The translations under genes and the position numbers were made by a program. Below are positions 47,913 to 56,893 of a stretch of DNA of 64,000 nt, in pieces. Source of the stretch: an uncultured Pseudomonadota bacterium. Its GTDB lineage: Bacteria > Myxococcota_A > UBA796 > SXON01. The notes below the pieces were generated by a model. That model was not told where the DNA came from and did no database searches. It saw only the letters and a program-made list of their open reading frames with translations. The first letter of the stretch is position 1, and each line of letters starts with the position of its first letter. The stretch spans positions 2,088 through 66,087 of the forward strand of contig CAITDR010000124.1 of NCBI GenBank assembly GCA_903891165.1. Direction: 5' to 3'.

Positions 47913-49148
47913 ATGTCCCGTCTCTTCCCGTTGTCTGTGCTACTTCTTTCTGTGATGGTCACCCCTGCCTGGGCGAAAAGCAAGGACAAGAAGGACGACG
48001 ATCAGGAAGAAAAAGACGATAAGGACAACAAGGACGAGCCCAGCGACGACGATCTGCTGGAAGAAGATATCACGCCCAACGAGGATGACTTTAAGGAAGA
48101 GGCCGATCCGAACGACAAGCCGCCTCCCCGCCGTCTGGATCCAGACGAAGAAGATAAAAAGGAAGAGGGCGAGCTGGATTTTGAGGAGGGAGAGGACGAG
48201 GACAACCTCCAGTTCGACGAGAACGATAACGACGAGCAGGAGTCGCTGAAACCCCGGGGCCCCGGCGAGGACACCGCGCAGCTCTACCGCGAAGCCGAGA
48301 AAAAATACCGCGAGATGAGCCCCGAAGAGGAGCTGATCGCCTGGGAGCAGTACCTCCAAAAATACCCGAAGTCCCTGTTCCGGGAGCGTATCGACGAGCG
48401 GGTGGAGACCCTCTCCAGCGATATGTACAACGAGCGGGTTCCCGGCTCAGATCGGGGGGCACGCGCCTCGGATGCGGCCCGGCGGGAGCTGAACTTCTTC
48501 CAGCCCGTCCATATGTCCTCGGCCGACCCCCGCCAGAAGATTATCCTGGAGGCGGGCTGGGGCTTTCCCAACTGGGTTTCCGTGCAGCTCGACTACGAGC
48601 ACGCCTTCACCCGCGAAGCCTCCGCGCATGCGGGGATTGAGCGCAACCTGACCGGCTATTCCATCGGTCTGGGCGCCAAGTATGCGCTGATCAAGTCTGC
48701 ACGCACCGGCACGATCTTCTCGGGCGGAATCGACTTTTATGGAAACACCCTGCCAGCCTACGCGGGAATCCGGCCCACCCTCTCGTTTGGGCAGCGGATC
48801 CGGGTGATGGAAGGTCTGGACCTCCAGGCCCAGGTGGCCCTGGATCTGGAGCTGCGGAAGCCCTTTGGGGTCCGCTGGGATGCGGGCCTCGGTGCTGAGC
48901 TGCACCCCAACAAGGTGGTGTCGATCTTCGTAGAGACCGACATCGACATGAAGTACGTGGGCGCGCAGGAAGTGCCGCTCTTCTACTTCAATACCGCGAT
49001 CTTCGGCTTGAAATTTGTGCCGCGCGCCGGCGACAAAGACGGCCATGGCCGCTTTGAAGCAGGCCTGGCCGCCGATGCCCCCTATGCCTACCAGTACTGG
49101 GGCTTCTACCGCGGTGGGGTGGACCTGATGGGCGCCTACTACTTCTAG
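47913..49148 (+). CDS. Secreted protein with an acidic N-terminus and a probable outer-membrane beta-barrel
   Basis: Signal peptide ending AWA, D/E-rich tract, WEQYLQKYPKS helix, beta strands ending in F. Confidence 0.7.
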   Translation: MSRLFPLSVLLLSVMVTPAWAKSKDKKDDDQEEKDDKDNKDEPSDDDLLEEDITPNEDDFKEEADPNDKPPPRRLDPDEEDKKEEGELDFEEGEDEDNLQFDENDNDEQESLKPRGPGEDTAQLYREAEKKYREMSPEEELIAWEQYLQKYPKSLFRERIDERVETLSSDMYNERVPGSDRGARASDAARRELNFFQPVHMSSADPRQKIILEAGWGFPNWVSVQLDYEHAFTREASAHAGIERNLTGYSIGLGAKYALIKSARTGTIFSGGIDFYGNTLPAYAGIRPTLSFGQRIRVMEGLDLQAQVALDLELRKPFGVRWDAGLGAELHPNKVVSIFVETDIDMKYVGAQEVPLFYFNTAIFGLKFVPRAGDKDGHGRFEAGLAADAPYAYQYWGFYRGGVDLMGAYYF

Positions 49149-49171
49149 GCGGCCCTTCTCCGACTTCGGCC

Positions 49172-49516
49172 TTACTCGACCGGCCAGCCCTGAGCCACCC
49201 AGGCCATGGTGCCGCCTTCGATGTTGACGCCCTTGTAGCCACGGTCGGCGAGGATGCCGCAGGCGCGCGCGGAGCGGGCACCGGAGCGACAGATCACATA
49301 GATTTCCTGCCCTTTATACGGGGCCAGCTGGTCTACGGTCTGCGCAAAATCCGCCAGCGGCATCAGCACGGCCCCCGGCACATGCCCACCCTGGTACTCC
49401 TCCGGTGTGCGAACATCGACAAGAACCGGCACTTGTCCGGCTTCCCTCGCCGCCTTCAGAAAGACCACATCCACGGCAGGAACGGTTGGACCAAAAACAG
49501 AATTCAGAAAACTCAT
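49172..49516 (-). CDS. Rhodanese-domain sulfurtransferase
   Basis: VDVRTPEEY..GHVPGA, ICRSGARS, GGTMAW. Confidence 0.92.
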   Translation of the reverse strand: MSFLNSVFGPTVPAVDVVFLKAAREAGQVPVLVDVRTPEEYQGGHVPGAVLMPLADFAQTVDQLAPYKGQEIYVICRSGARSARACGILADRGYKGVNIEGGTMAWVAQGWPVE

Positions 49517-49579
49517 GATGACCTCTTCGGGGGGCGAGATTTTAGCCCGCTGGACTGACCGGGGCACGCCCGGAAGCGC

Positions 49580-49595
49580 AGCAAGGATCATGCCA
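49580..49595 (-). promoter_or_regulatory. Sigma-54 (-24/-12) promoter of the rhodanese gene
   Basis: TGGCATGATCCTTGCT with exact GG-N10-GC spacing. Confidence 0.7.
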
Positions 49596-49658
49596 TGCCC
49601 ACTGCGCAACGATCCTCAACCATCTATGCCTTTTTTGGAGGAGGAGGTAGGATCGGGC

Positions 49659-49697
49659 ACGTTTCAAAATGGTTCAGGGACGTTCCAGAATGTTTCA
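49659..49697. promoter_or_regulatory. Four helically phased direct repeats, putative enhancer
   Basis: ACGTTTCA, ATGGTTCA, ACGTTCCA, ATGTTTCA at 10/11/10-bp period. Confidence 0.5.
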
Positions 49698-51578
49698 AAC
49701 AGCCGTCGAACTGTGGGCGGGGACCACCCAGCGCCAGCCGCCCTCGCCGCGCTGTAGCAGCGGTGCGACATCGCAGATCAGGCAGTCCAGGCTGGGATCC
49801 AGGTTGATACATTTCGGATTTTCCAGCATTCTACAAAGACTCTCCAGCCCCTGTATCATCAGCTTGGCCGACCGCTGCCGGGGCCACTCGATCCCCCGTT
49901 GTAACAGGTCCGCACGCAGCTCCGCCTCGGACCAGCGCAGGAAGTCCTCTCCTTTTTCCCAGCTTCGGGCTGGGTAGTACAGAGTCTGGAGCGCCGCCTG
50001 AAGAAACTGCGGGTCGGTGGCCACCGCCAGCCCCAAGGCGTCGTGCTCCAGCACCCGCTCCAGGGCCAGCTGGTAGACAAGCTCAGCCTGAAACACTGGA
50101 GCAAGCGGCTGATCTCGGTTCCACAGGGCGGAGGCGGCGTCGATATACTGGTGCAGCACTTCTTTGATGTGGAAGGGGTGCGAGCGCGCACGAAAGACCA
50201 GGATCGGCGCCCAGCAACGCCAGCGCTCGTAGGCTCCTGGATCTGAGGAGGGTACCGCGAGGTTGGTCGTAAAAATACGCAGCTCGGAAGGGCGATGACT
50301 TACAAAAAGGCGATCGGTGAAAAGAGTCTCCAGGAGGCCTTCGGCCAGGTCGCTGTGGACCTCCTCGCTGACCGGGCCACTCAGGTGCTCAAAGGAGTCC
50401 TGCCCGGTGAGGAAGACGAAGAAGGCATTGTCCTGAAAAATGCCCTTCAGCCTGCGAATGGACTCTTTGAAATAGTCGAGTTCATTCAGGGTGAACTTGT
50501 CGATTTCGTCCACCAGAAACATCGGATAGAGCCCGATGTCCCGCAGCTGCTGGAGGATGTGGGGCAGCCACCGCGGCAGCGCCCGGCTACTCCGAAGATC
50601 CTCTTTGAACTCCAGAGAGCTGACATCCGAGGACTTTCGGATACGGTCGGTGGTCCAGTTCAGGACGGTGGTGGTGCTCACCGCACTGCTCACCGCAGCC
50701 ACCGACGCCAAGAGTGGCGAGACCTGGTAGACCCCCGCAGCCATGAGGCCGCCCGAAAGAATCCCCAACAAAGGGTTCATATAGTCGCTGCCACGTATGG
50801 TTTGCTCGGTACGTTGGCGACGTTCCTCCTCCGTCTGATCCGTCTGCTTGCGGGCCTGCTCCAGCGTGCCCGAGATCATCATATAGCCCTGGGAAAGCCC
50901 CCAACATGCGCTCACTTCCCGTGCACCTCGGTACTTGCCCGCCTGCGGAAAAAGCACGCCATGCGGCATCGCTCCGCCCGCCTCCCACCACAACCTCAGC
51001 CGGGACAGGTGGATGGCCGAGCGCATCATATCCACCCGCAGCTGTTCGGCGATCTCCGCACGTTCTTCCTGGGCGTTGGGGCGCAAGTGCTGCACGTCCA
51101 CACCCATCGCACGTATCATTTCATGAAGCACCGCGTGGTGTAGGGCTTTGACCAGCACCTCCATCAGCACGTCGGCGGGCTCACGCAGCGGCGGAGTTGC
51201 GGCGGGAGGCTGGCCCGCGGCCCCCGCTGCCGTGGGTGTCACCGGTGCCGATGCGGCGGACCCGGCTGCCGCCTGGATCGCCCATTTTTCGGCCCGGGCC
51301 AACAGGGAAGGTCCATAGAGAGTGACCGGCAGAAGCCGGCGATCCGCGGCGTCCGCGCTCACACTCCGCAGGGCGTGGTGCACCATCATGGTCTTGCCCG
51401 AGCCCCGATCCCCACCCACAAGGACCGACCGACCAGGCAATTCGTCCCGCAGGTAGCGATCCAGCAGATCCACCAGCATCCGCCGCGCCGCCGAATCTGC
51501 AGGCATGGCGACGTCCCGTAGCGGAGGCAGCCGGTTCATCCCCGAGGGTTCAGGAAGATGGCGGATGTGGAGGCTCAT
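49695..51578 (-). CDS. P-loop NTPase with an inserted hydrophobic segment (KAP-like)
   Basis: Walker A GDRGSGKT, Walker B FLVDEIDK, hydrophobic hairpin between them. Confidence 0.7.
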   Translation of the reverse strand: MSLHIRHLPEPSGMNRLPPLRDVAMPADSAARRMLVDLLDRYLRDELPGRSVLVGGDRGSGKTMMVHHALRSVSADAADRRLLPVTLYGPSLLARAEKWAIQAAAGSAASAPVTPTAAGAAGQPPAATPPLREPADVLMEVLVKALHHAVLHEMIRAMGVDVQHLRPNAQEERAEIAEQLRVDMMRSAIHLSRLRLWWEAGGAMPHGVLFPQAGKYRGAREVSACWGLSQGYMMISGTLEQARKQTDQTEEERRQRTEQTIRGSDYMNPLLGILSGGLMAAGVYQVSPLLASVAAVSSAVSTTTVLNWTTDRIRKSSDVSSLEFKEDLRSSRALPRWLPHILQQLRDIGLYPMFLVDEIDKFTLNELDYFKESIRRLKGIFQDNAFFVFLTGQDSFEHLSGPVSEEVHSDLAEGLLETLFTDRLFVSHRPSELRIFTTNLAVPSSDPGAYERWRCWAPILVFRARSHPFHIKEVLHQYIDAASALWNRDQPLAPVFQAELVYQLALERVLEHDALGLAVATDPQFLQAALQTLYYPARSWEKGEDFLRWSEAELRADLLQRGIEWPRQRSAKLMIQGLESLCRMLENPKCINLDPSLDCLICDVAPLLQRGEGGWRWVVPAHSSTAV

Positions 51579-52027
51579 GGTGTGGGGCTCCCCGCCATGG
51601 GAGTCGCCGGCGGGGCCGTCGCCGGTGCAGCCGGTGCGATCGCGGCCTCTTTCCCAGCGTTAGGGGCGACTTCAGCAGCGACGCTTGGCTGCTCCGCCTC
51701 CTGCATTTTTACAAACTGCACGGCGGATACACCACCAAAAAAGATGGCCATGGCCAAATGCGCCACGGCCGGGCTGATGCTCACCCCCCCGCCGGTGCCC
51801 CCCAGTCCGCCCCAATAGCTGCGCAGCTCCAGCTGCCGCGATTGTTTCAGCTCGCTGGCATAGGCCAGCCCAAAGGAGGCCGAAAAGGCCAAAGAAAAGA
51901 TCGGCATCAGGCTGCGAAGGCGGCTCTCCATATGGCCGGGCAGCCAAATCCCGCCCTCTTCGCTGACCAGAAAAGCAAGGCCAAAGCCGATCAGGACGCC
52001 GACAAAAATCCAGGGTAGACGACCCAT
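51575..52027 (-). CDS. Small membrane protein (about three TMs)
   Basis: Hydrophobic segments, SYWGGLGGTGGG motif; ATGA-coupled to the NTPase. Confidence 0.65.
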   Translation of the reverse strand: MGRLPWIFVGVLIGFGLAFLVSEEGGIWLPGHMESRLRSLMPIFSLAFSASFGLAYASELKQSRQLELRSYWGGLGGTGGGVSISPAVAHLAMAIFFGGVSAVQFVKMQEAEQPSVAAEVAPNAGKEAAIAPAAPATAPPATPMAGSPTP

Positions 52028-52028
52028 C

Positions 52029-52748
52029 TTATCCCTCCAGCTCTGGCTCTTTTTGGAGAGCCTCCGCCCAAAAGGGCAGCTTTTGATAGTGGCTCAGAAG
52101 TTCTGCCGGCAGCGGGGCCTGCACCGAGAGGCCCTCCAATTCCATCCGTAGACAATGGAGAGCCAGCCGCCGAATCCCATTTTCCCGCCAGAGGCGATTG
52201 GTAGCACGGCAGCCATGCTCCACATCCCCCACGATGGGGTGGTCCAGATCCCGCACATGACGCCGCACCTGGTGATAGCGACCGGTCTTCGGCCACGCAC
52301 GAAGAAGAGAACAGCGAGGTTCTTCCGAGGTCCCGATGCAGTCTACCCGGGTCGCAGCCTCCTGCATCACCCCCTTGGTATTCTTCAGCGCCCGCTCCCA
52401 GAGCACCTCTCCCTCCCGACGCCAGGTACCCCGACACAGCGCAAGATAGGTCTTTTTTCCCTCTGCCAACCGCTGCGCCCAGCCCTCCACCCCCTCGGCG
52501 GTGAGCGCCACCAACAGACAGCCCGACACCGGCTGGTCCAGCCGGTGGACCGGCCACACATAGCGACCCAGCTGACTGTGCAGGATCTCCACCAAAGGAA
52601 GATCCCAGGAGAGCCCACGATGTACCGGCACTCCAGCTGGTTTATTCACCACAATCCAGCCCGGCCCCTCTGCGATGATAGGGATAAAGGGCACCCCCTC
52701 CCCTTCCCCAATTGGCAGCGCATTCTGAGCCATCTTGTCCACCCCCAA
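52029..52748 (-). CDS. RluA/TruC-family pseudouridine synthase
   Basis: VNKPAG, VHRLDQPVSG, KTYLA, TGRYHQVRRH, PIVGD. Confidence 0.92.
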   Translation of the reverse strand: MGVDKMAQNALPIGEGEGVPFIPIIAEGPGWIVVNKPAGVPVHRGLSWDLPLVEILHSQLGRYVWPVHRLDQPVSGCLLVALTAEGVEGWAQRLAEGKKTYLALCRGTWRREGEVLWERALKNTKGVMQEAATRVDCIGTSEEPRCSLLRAWPKTGRYHQVRRHVRDLDHPIVGDVEHGCRATNRLWRENGIRRLALHCLRMELEGLSVQAPLPAELLSHYQKLPFWAEALQKEPELEG

Positions 52749-52769
52749 CGCATAAGCTATCCTGCGGCC

Positions 52770-53393
52770 ATGCCCACGCTACGCTGGATTCGTGCGCCCG
52801 CCTCCGCCGCCACCACCAACGGACAGCCCATCGCGACGGGCGAAGAGAACCGTGCGGCCCTTCACCGGCTTCAAGCCCTGCTGAAGAAGCCTACCCTGAT
52901 CGTGGTACCCGGCTTTACCCCTGTAAAAACTACGATACCCATCCAGCTACACGAGGTGTCGCAGCGGCGGGTCCGGACTGCGTTGGAGCAGGCCCCAAAA
53001 AACCGGCTTTTTCTGTTCAGTGGCGGAAATGTACACCCGGAGGGCACACCCTACAACGAAGCCTACGAGATGAAACAATTTGCGATGCGGAGCCTGGAGG
53101 TGCCCGAGGAGGAGATTGTCATCGACCCCTACGCCCGGCACTCCACGACAAACCTACGCAATGCCGGGCGTTTTATGAAGGTTTTTGGCTTCAAAAAAGC
53201 CACCATCGTCACCAGTTTTGATCAGGCCTTTTATTATGGCTTCCAGATCATCAGCACCTTCGAGCTACGCTGTCGCAGCGAGCTGGGCTACAGCCTGGGC
53301 GAGATGAAGGCGCTGGACCTGGATCTCTCGCGACTCTCCTTCAGTCCTTCCGATGACGTGGATCGCCCCGGAGACGATCCACTGGACCCCTGA
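52770..53393 (+). CDS. YdcF/DUF218 family protein
   Basis: FSGG.VHP, NEA..M, ARHSTTNLRN, IVTS. Confidence 0.8.
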   Translation: MPTLRWIRAPASAATTNGQPIATGEENRAALHRLQALLKKPTLIVVPGFTPVKTTIPIQLHEVSQRRVRTALEQAPKNRLFLFSGGNVHPEGTPYNEAYEMKQFAMRSLEVPEEEIVIDPYARHSTTNLRNAGRFMKVFGFKKATIVTSFDQAFYYGFQIISTFELRCRSELGYSLGEMKALDLDLSRLSFSPSDDVDRPGDDPLDP

Positions 53394-53410
53394 GACGTTA
53401 AGCTTCCCCC

Positions 53411-54445
53411 ATGGCATTGGAGCTTTCCGGAGTGGCGGTCACCGCAGGCAGGGCCACCCTGTTGCAGGGTCTGGACCTGAGCCTGGGACCGGGCCAGCTG
53501 GTGGGCCTGATCGGCCCCTCCGGCGCCGGAAAAAGCACGTTAATCAAGGTACTACTCGGCATCCGTGAGCCCTCATCGGGCACGGTGCGGCTGAACGGGC
53601 AGCCGGTGCAGCAGGCCGGACCGGTGGGCTATGTGCCCCAGGACGATGCCCTCCACGGCAGTCTTCGCGTACAAGAAGCTCTGCTTTTTGCTGCTGAGCT
53701 GCGCATGCCCACCTGGACCGATGCCGCCCGCCGCTCCCGCGTGGAGCAGGTGATCCAGCAGGTAGGGCTGGAGGAACGCCAGAAGGTCGCGATCCATCGC
53801 CTCTCCGGTGGCCAGCGTAAACGGGTGAGTGTGGCCATGGAGCTGCTGACCAGCCCCCCGGTCCTGATCCTGGACGAGCCCACCTCCGGCCTGGATCCAG
53901 GCATGGAAGCCAAGATGATGGAGCTTTTTCAGGCCGTGGCCCAGGCGGGCCGTATCGTCCTGGTCTCCACCCACGCCATGCAGAGTCTGGACCGCTGCTC
54001 CCGCCTCCTCATCCTCATGCAAGGTCGTATGATTTTTGGGGCTGCGCCCGATCAAGCGCCCGACTGGTTCGGCACCCGTAGCCTCAATGGCATTTTTGAT
54101 CAGCTCCCCACACAGCGACCCGAAACATGGGCCCAAAAATGGGCCACCGGCCGCACCCTCCTGGCCCAAAGCACCCCCGTCCAACTTTCCGCCCACTTAC
54201 GCGTGGCTGGCCTCCCCGAACACCCAAGTGATACACGGCAGGGTGATACACGGCAGGGTGATACACGACAGAGTGATACACGACAGGGTGATACACGACA
54301 GGGTGATACACGACAGGGTGATACATCCACCCCATCATCTGCTGATTCCCTGAAGCCCCCCAAAAATCTGCACCCGGCGCTTCGGGATCCAGCCCTGCAA
54401 AAACAGCTTGAAGAGCTGAAAGCCGCCCGCGAGAAAAAGGGATGA
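53411..54445 (+). CDS. ABC transporter ATP-binding protein (ABCG-like) with a repeat-containing tail
   Basis: GPSGAGKST, YVPQDD, LSGGQRKR, LDEPTSGLD, H-loop STH. Confidence 0.93.
   Translation: MALELSGVAVTAGRATLLQGLDLSLGPGQLVGLIGPSGAGKSTLIKVLLGIREPSSGTVRLNGQPVQQAGPVGYVPQDDALHGSLRVQEALLFAAELRMPTWTDAARRSRVEQVIQQVGLEERQKVAIHRLSGGQRKRVSVAMELLTSPPVLILDEPTSGLDPGMEAKMMELFQAVAQAGRIVLVSTHAMQSLDRCSRLLILMQGRMIFGAAPDQAPDWFGTRSLNGIFDQLPTQRPETWAQKWATGRTLLAQSTPVQLSAHLRVAGLPEHPSDTRQGDTRQGDTRQSDTRQGDTRQGDTRQGDTSTPSSADSLKPPKNLHPALRDPALQKQLEELKAAREKKG
54228..54330 (+). repeat. 15-bp tandem repeat GTGATACACGRCAGR, six full copies plus a partial one
   Basis: Read directly; in frame, encodes (DTRQG)n. Confidence 0.95.
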
Positions 54446-55218
54446 GCGAGGTGCCGGCAAAAACAGCGGAAAGGAGCCGCCCGCCGGAGAGGCCGGTTCT
54501 GCGACAGGTGGATGTATTGACCCGGCGGTATTGGGCCTGTACCCTTGGAGATCCTGTCACATTGCTGCTGTTGCTCGCACAGGCGCCCTTCATCGGCTAC
54601 CTGTGTACCCTGGTGTGGGGATCCATCGAAAAAGATACTCCCTCCCTATATTTTGTGCTGTGTCTCTCCTCGGTGTGGTTCGGATGTATCAACGCATGCC
54701 GGGAGGTGGTGAAGGAGAGGGCGATCCTGGAGCGGGAGCGTTTTTTCGGGCTGTCGCTGGGCGCCTATGTGCAGTCCAAAGGCAGGGTATTGGCGGGTAT
54801 CGGTGCGGTACAGGTGCTGATGCTGCTGATGGCGGTGGAGTGGAAGATAGCATTGAACGGGAATTTTTGGCTACAGCTCGTGGCCCTGTGGGGGGCGAGT
54901 CTGTGTGGGACGGGGCTGGGGCTGCTGGTGTCGGCCTTTTCCAAAAGCCAGGAGAGGGCGGTTGGCGCCATTCCCCTGCTCATCCTCCCTCAGATCCTGT
55001 TTTCCGAGTTTTCTATCCCCAAAGAATCCTTTTCGGATACCGTACAGTGGGCCGAGCGGGCGATGCCCGTCCACTGGGCCTTCGAGATCTTCCAGCAGGC
55101 CGCCTCCACCGAGCCCGAGGGATGGACCCTGTTGGGGGCACTATGTGTGCTGCCGCTCTACGCAAGCGGGCTGGGCCTCCTGACCGTCGCCGCCCTGTTA
55201 CCCCGGAGAGAGCTTTGA
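54442..55218 (+). CDS. ABC-2 type permease
   Basis: LLAQAP, WFGCINACREVVKERAI..RER, LPQILFS. Confidence 0.9.
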   Translation: MSEVPAKTAERSRPPERPVLRQVDVLTRRYWACTLGDPVTLLLLLAQAPFIGYLCTLVWGSIEKDTPSLYFVLCLSSVWFGCINACREVVKERAILERERFFGLSLGAYVQSKGRVLAGIGAVQVLMLLMAVEWKIALNGNFWLQLVALWGASLCGTGLGLLVSAFSKSQERAVGAIPLLILPQILFSEFSIPKESFSDTVQWAERAMPVHWAFEIFQQAASTEPEGWTLLGALCVLPLYASGLGLLTVAALLPRREL

Positions 55219-55706
55219 AAAATTTTGCCTACCTCCTACTTTTTCTGATCCTCGCCGCCGGAGTATACGCGGGGGGTGCCCACCTATCCGGAGGTGCCTG
55301 GCCCACCTTCGGGCTGCCGCTGGGCGGGGCGATGGGCGAGCTGCGGCAGATGTGCCAGTCCTACTGGGAAGACATCCAGTTCAAGGATTTTAAACATGCC
55401 GCACAATACCATGATCCGAGCGTGCAGGACAGCGTAGACATCCCCTACCTCCTGGAACGGATCTTCCTTCAAAAACCTGAATTTTTGGACCTGATGGAAT
55501 ACGAAGTCGTTTTTGTAGATATCGACTCCAGCGGGCTGCGCGGACGGGCAAGGACCCGGGTACGGGTCAAGGATCTGGTGAAGGAGAAGATCCGCGATCA
55601 GGAGGTGATGCTGTACTTTAAGAGAAAGAGTAGCTCCGACCCATGGTATATGGATCTGGAGACCAGCCTGCGGGCCATTGAGGGAGAAGAGGGAAAGAAG
55701 CACTGA
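55215..55706 (+). CDS. Hypothetical exported protein
   Basis: TTG start overlaps the permease stop; N-terminal signal or TM segment. Confidence 0.65.
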   Translation: MKNFAYLLLFLILAAGVYAGGAHLSGGAWPTFGLPLGGAMGELRQMCQSYWEDIQFKDFKHAAQYHDPSVQDSVDIPYLLERIFLQKPEFLDLMEYEVVFVDIDSSGLRGRARTRVRVKDLVKEKIRDQEVMLYFKRKSSSDPWYMDLETSLRAIEGEEGKKH

Positions 55707-55800
55707 AGCCGAAGGAGGGGCACGACCCGGCCGGCAGGATCAAGATGTCGCGGCCCCGACGAACATACACCGTGCTACCTTCCAAAAAAAGGAGCTGACC

Positions 55801-56859
55801 ATGCTGAGCCTCTGCCTTACCCTGTTTGCGGCTGCACAGACCCCCAACACCGGCGGGCTGGAGGTGGTGGGCGAGGGGCGGAGTTTAAGGTTGGTGGACG
55901 CCACCGGACACGCACTCACCAACGAGCAGGCCCTACGAGCGCTGGGCCGCGACGATCTGGCGGAGGAGGCCCGGCGGCACCGGAACCTGATCAAGGCAGG
56001 CTCGATTGCGCTCTGGAGTGGCGGGGGGCTACTGCTGTTGGGGGGCAACAGCTTGAACAGTGCGTCCAGCCTTACGGTTCCGGCCACCAACAACGACTTC
56101 AACCCGACGGGACTGGTGGTGATGGGGGCGGGGGTAGCTGCCGCAGGCGGTGGCTTTGCCCTGTACTTCGCCGACCCGAAAAAGCCGCTGACTGCCTGGA
56201 TTGATCCGGTGGAGATCAACAGCATCATGGCCCAGCAACAAAGGCCCGTGGTCGGCGGCAACCCGCCGCTGCCCGGCGACGGAAGTGCTCCCCCTCTGGC
56301 GGGGGAGGCCCCCAACCCCTATCGACCGGTGGGCGAAGGCAGCCTGTGGATCGACGAGGAGGGCCAGCTGCGGATGGGGAGCCGGCGGCTGGATGCCGAG
56401 TCGGCGGCCCGGTTGTTCAACGACGATATTGTTGCCGAGCGCTACGAAGAGACCCGCACCCGCGACAAGGCCCTGTGGATTCCGGTCACGGCCGTGGGGG
56501 GCGCCATGGCGGTGGGTGGCTCCGCCACCGCACTGGTCGGGCTGGTTCTGCTGATCGGCGGGGGAGTGGGGCTCGACAATGACATGGCCACCCGCGGGAC
56601 AGTGCTGTTTTTGGGCGGGGGACTGGCCAGCATGGTGGGTCTCGGGGGTGTCGCCGCCGGAACCACTGGACTGATCGTGACCGCGGTAAAACACAATCGG
56701 GTGGACTACTACTACAGCCCGGATGAACTGCGCAACCAAGTGGATGGCTACAACAAAAATGCGCCCCTGCCGCCCGGGGTGATGCCGCTGCCTGAAGCAA
56801 AGCTGCAGGTCATGCCGATGCTCGGTTTTGGCATCGTGGGTGTACAGGGAACATTTTGA
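55801..56859 (+). CDS. Hypothetical envelope protein with an internal duplication
   Basis: AAGGAG Shine-Dalgarno; two Gly-rich hydrophobic hairpin modules; C-terminal GIVGVQGTF. Confidence 0.7.
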   Translation: MLSLCLTLFAAAQTPNTGGLEVVGEGRSLRLVDATGHALTNEQALRALGRDDLAEEARRHRNLIKAGSIALWSGGGLLLLGGNSLNSASSLTVPATNNDFNPTGLVVMGAGVAAAGGGFALYFADPKKPLTAWIDPVEINSIMAQQQRPVVGGNPPLPGDGSAPPLAGEAPNPYRPVGEGSLWIDEEGQLRMGSRRLDAESAARLFNDDIVAERYEETRTRDKALWIPVTAVGGAMAVGGSATALVGLVLLIGGGVGLDNDMATRGTVLFLGGGLASMVGLGGVAAGTTGLIVTAVKHNRVDYYYSPDELRNQVDGYNKNAPLPPGVMPLPEAKLQVMPMLGFGIVGVQGTF

Positions 56860-56893
56860 GCGAACAATCCCATAGAAGAAGGAAGGCATAAAA

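Noticed and set aside
54228-54330. CRISPR array
   Set aside because: 15-bp units are head-to-tail with no unique spacers, lie in frame in a CDS, and no cas genes are present
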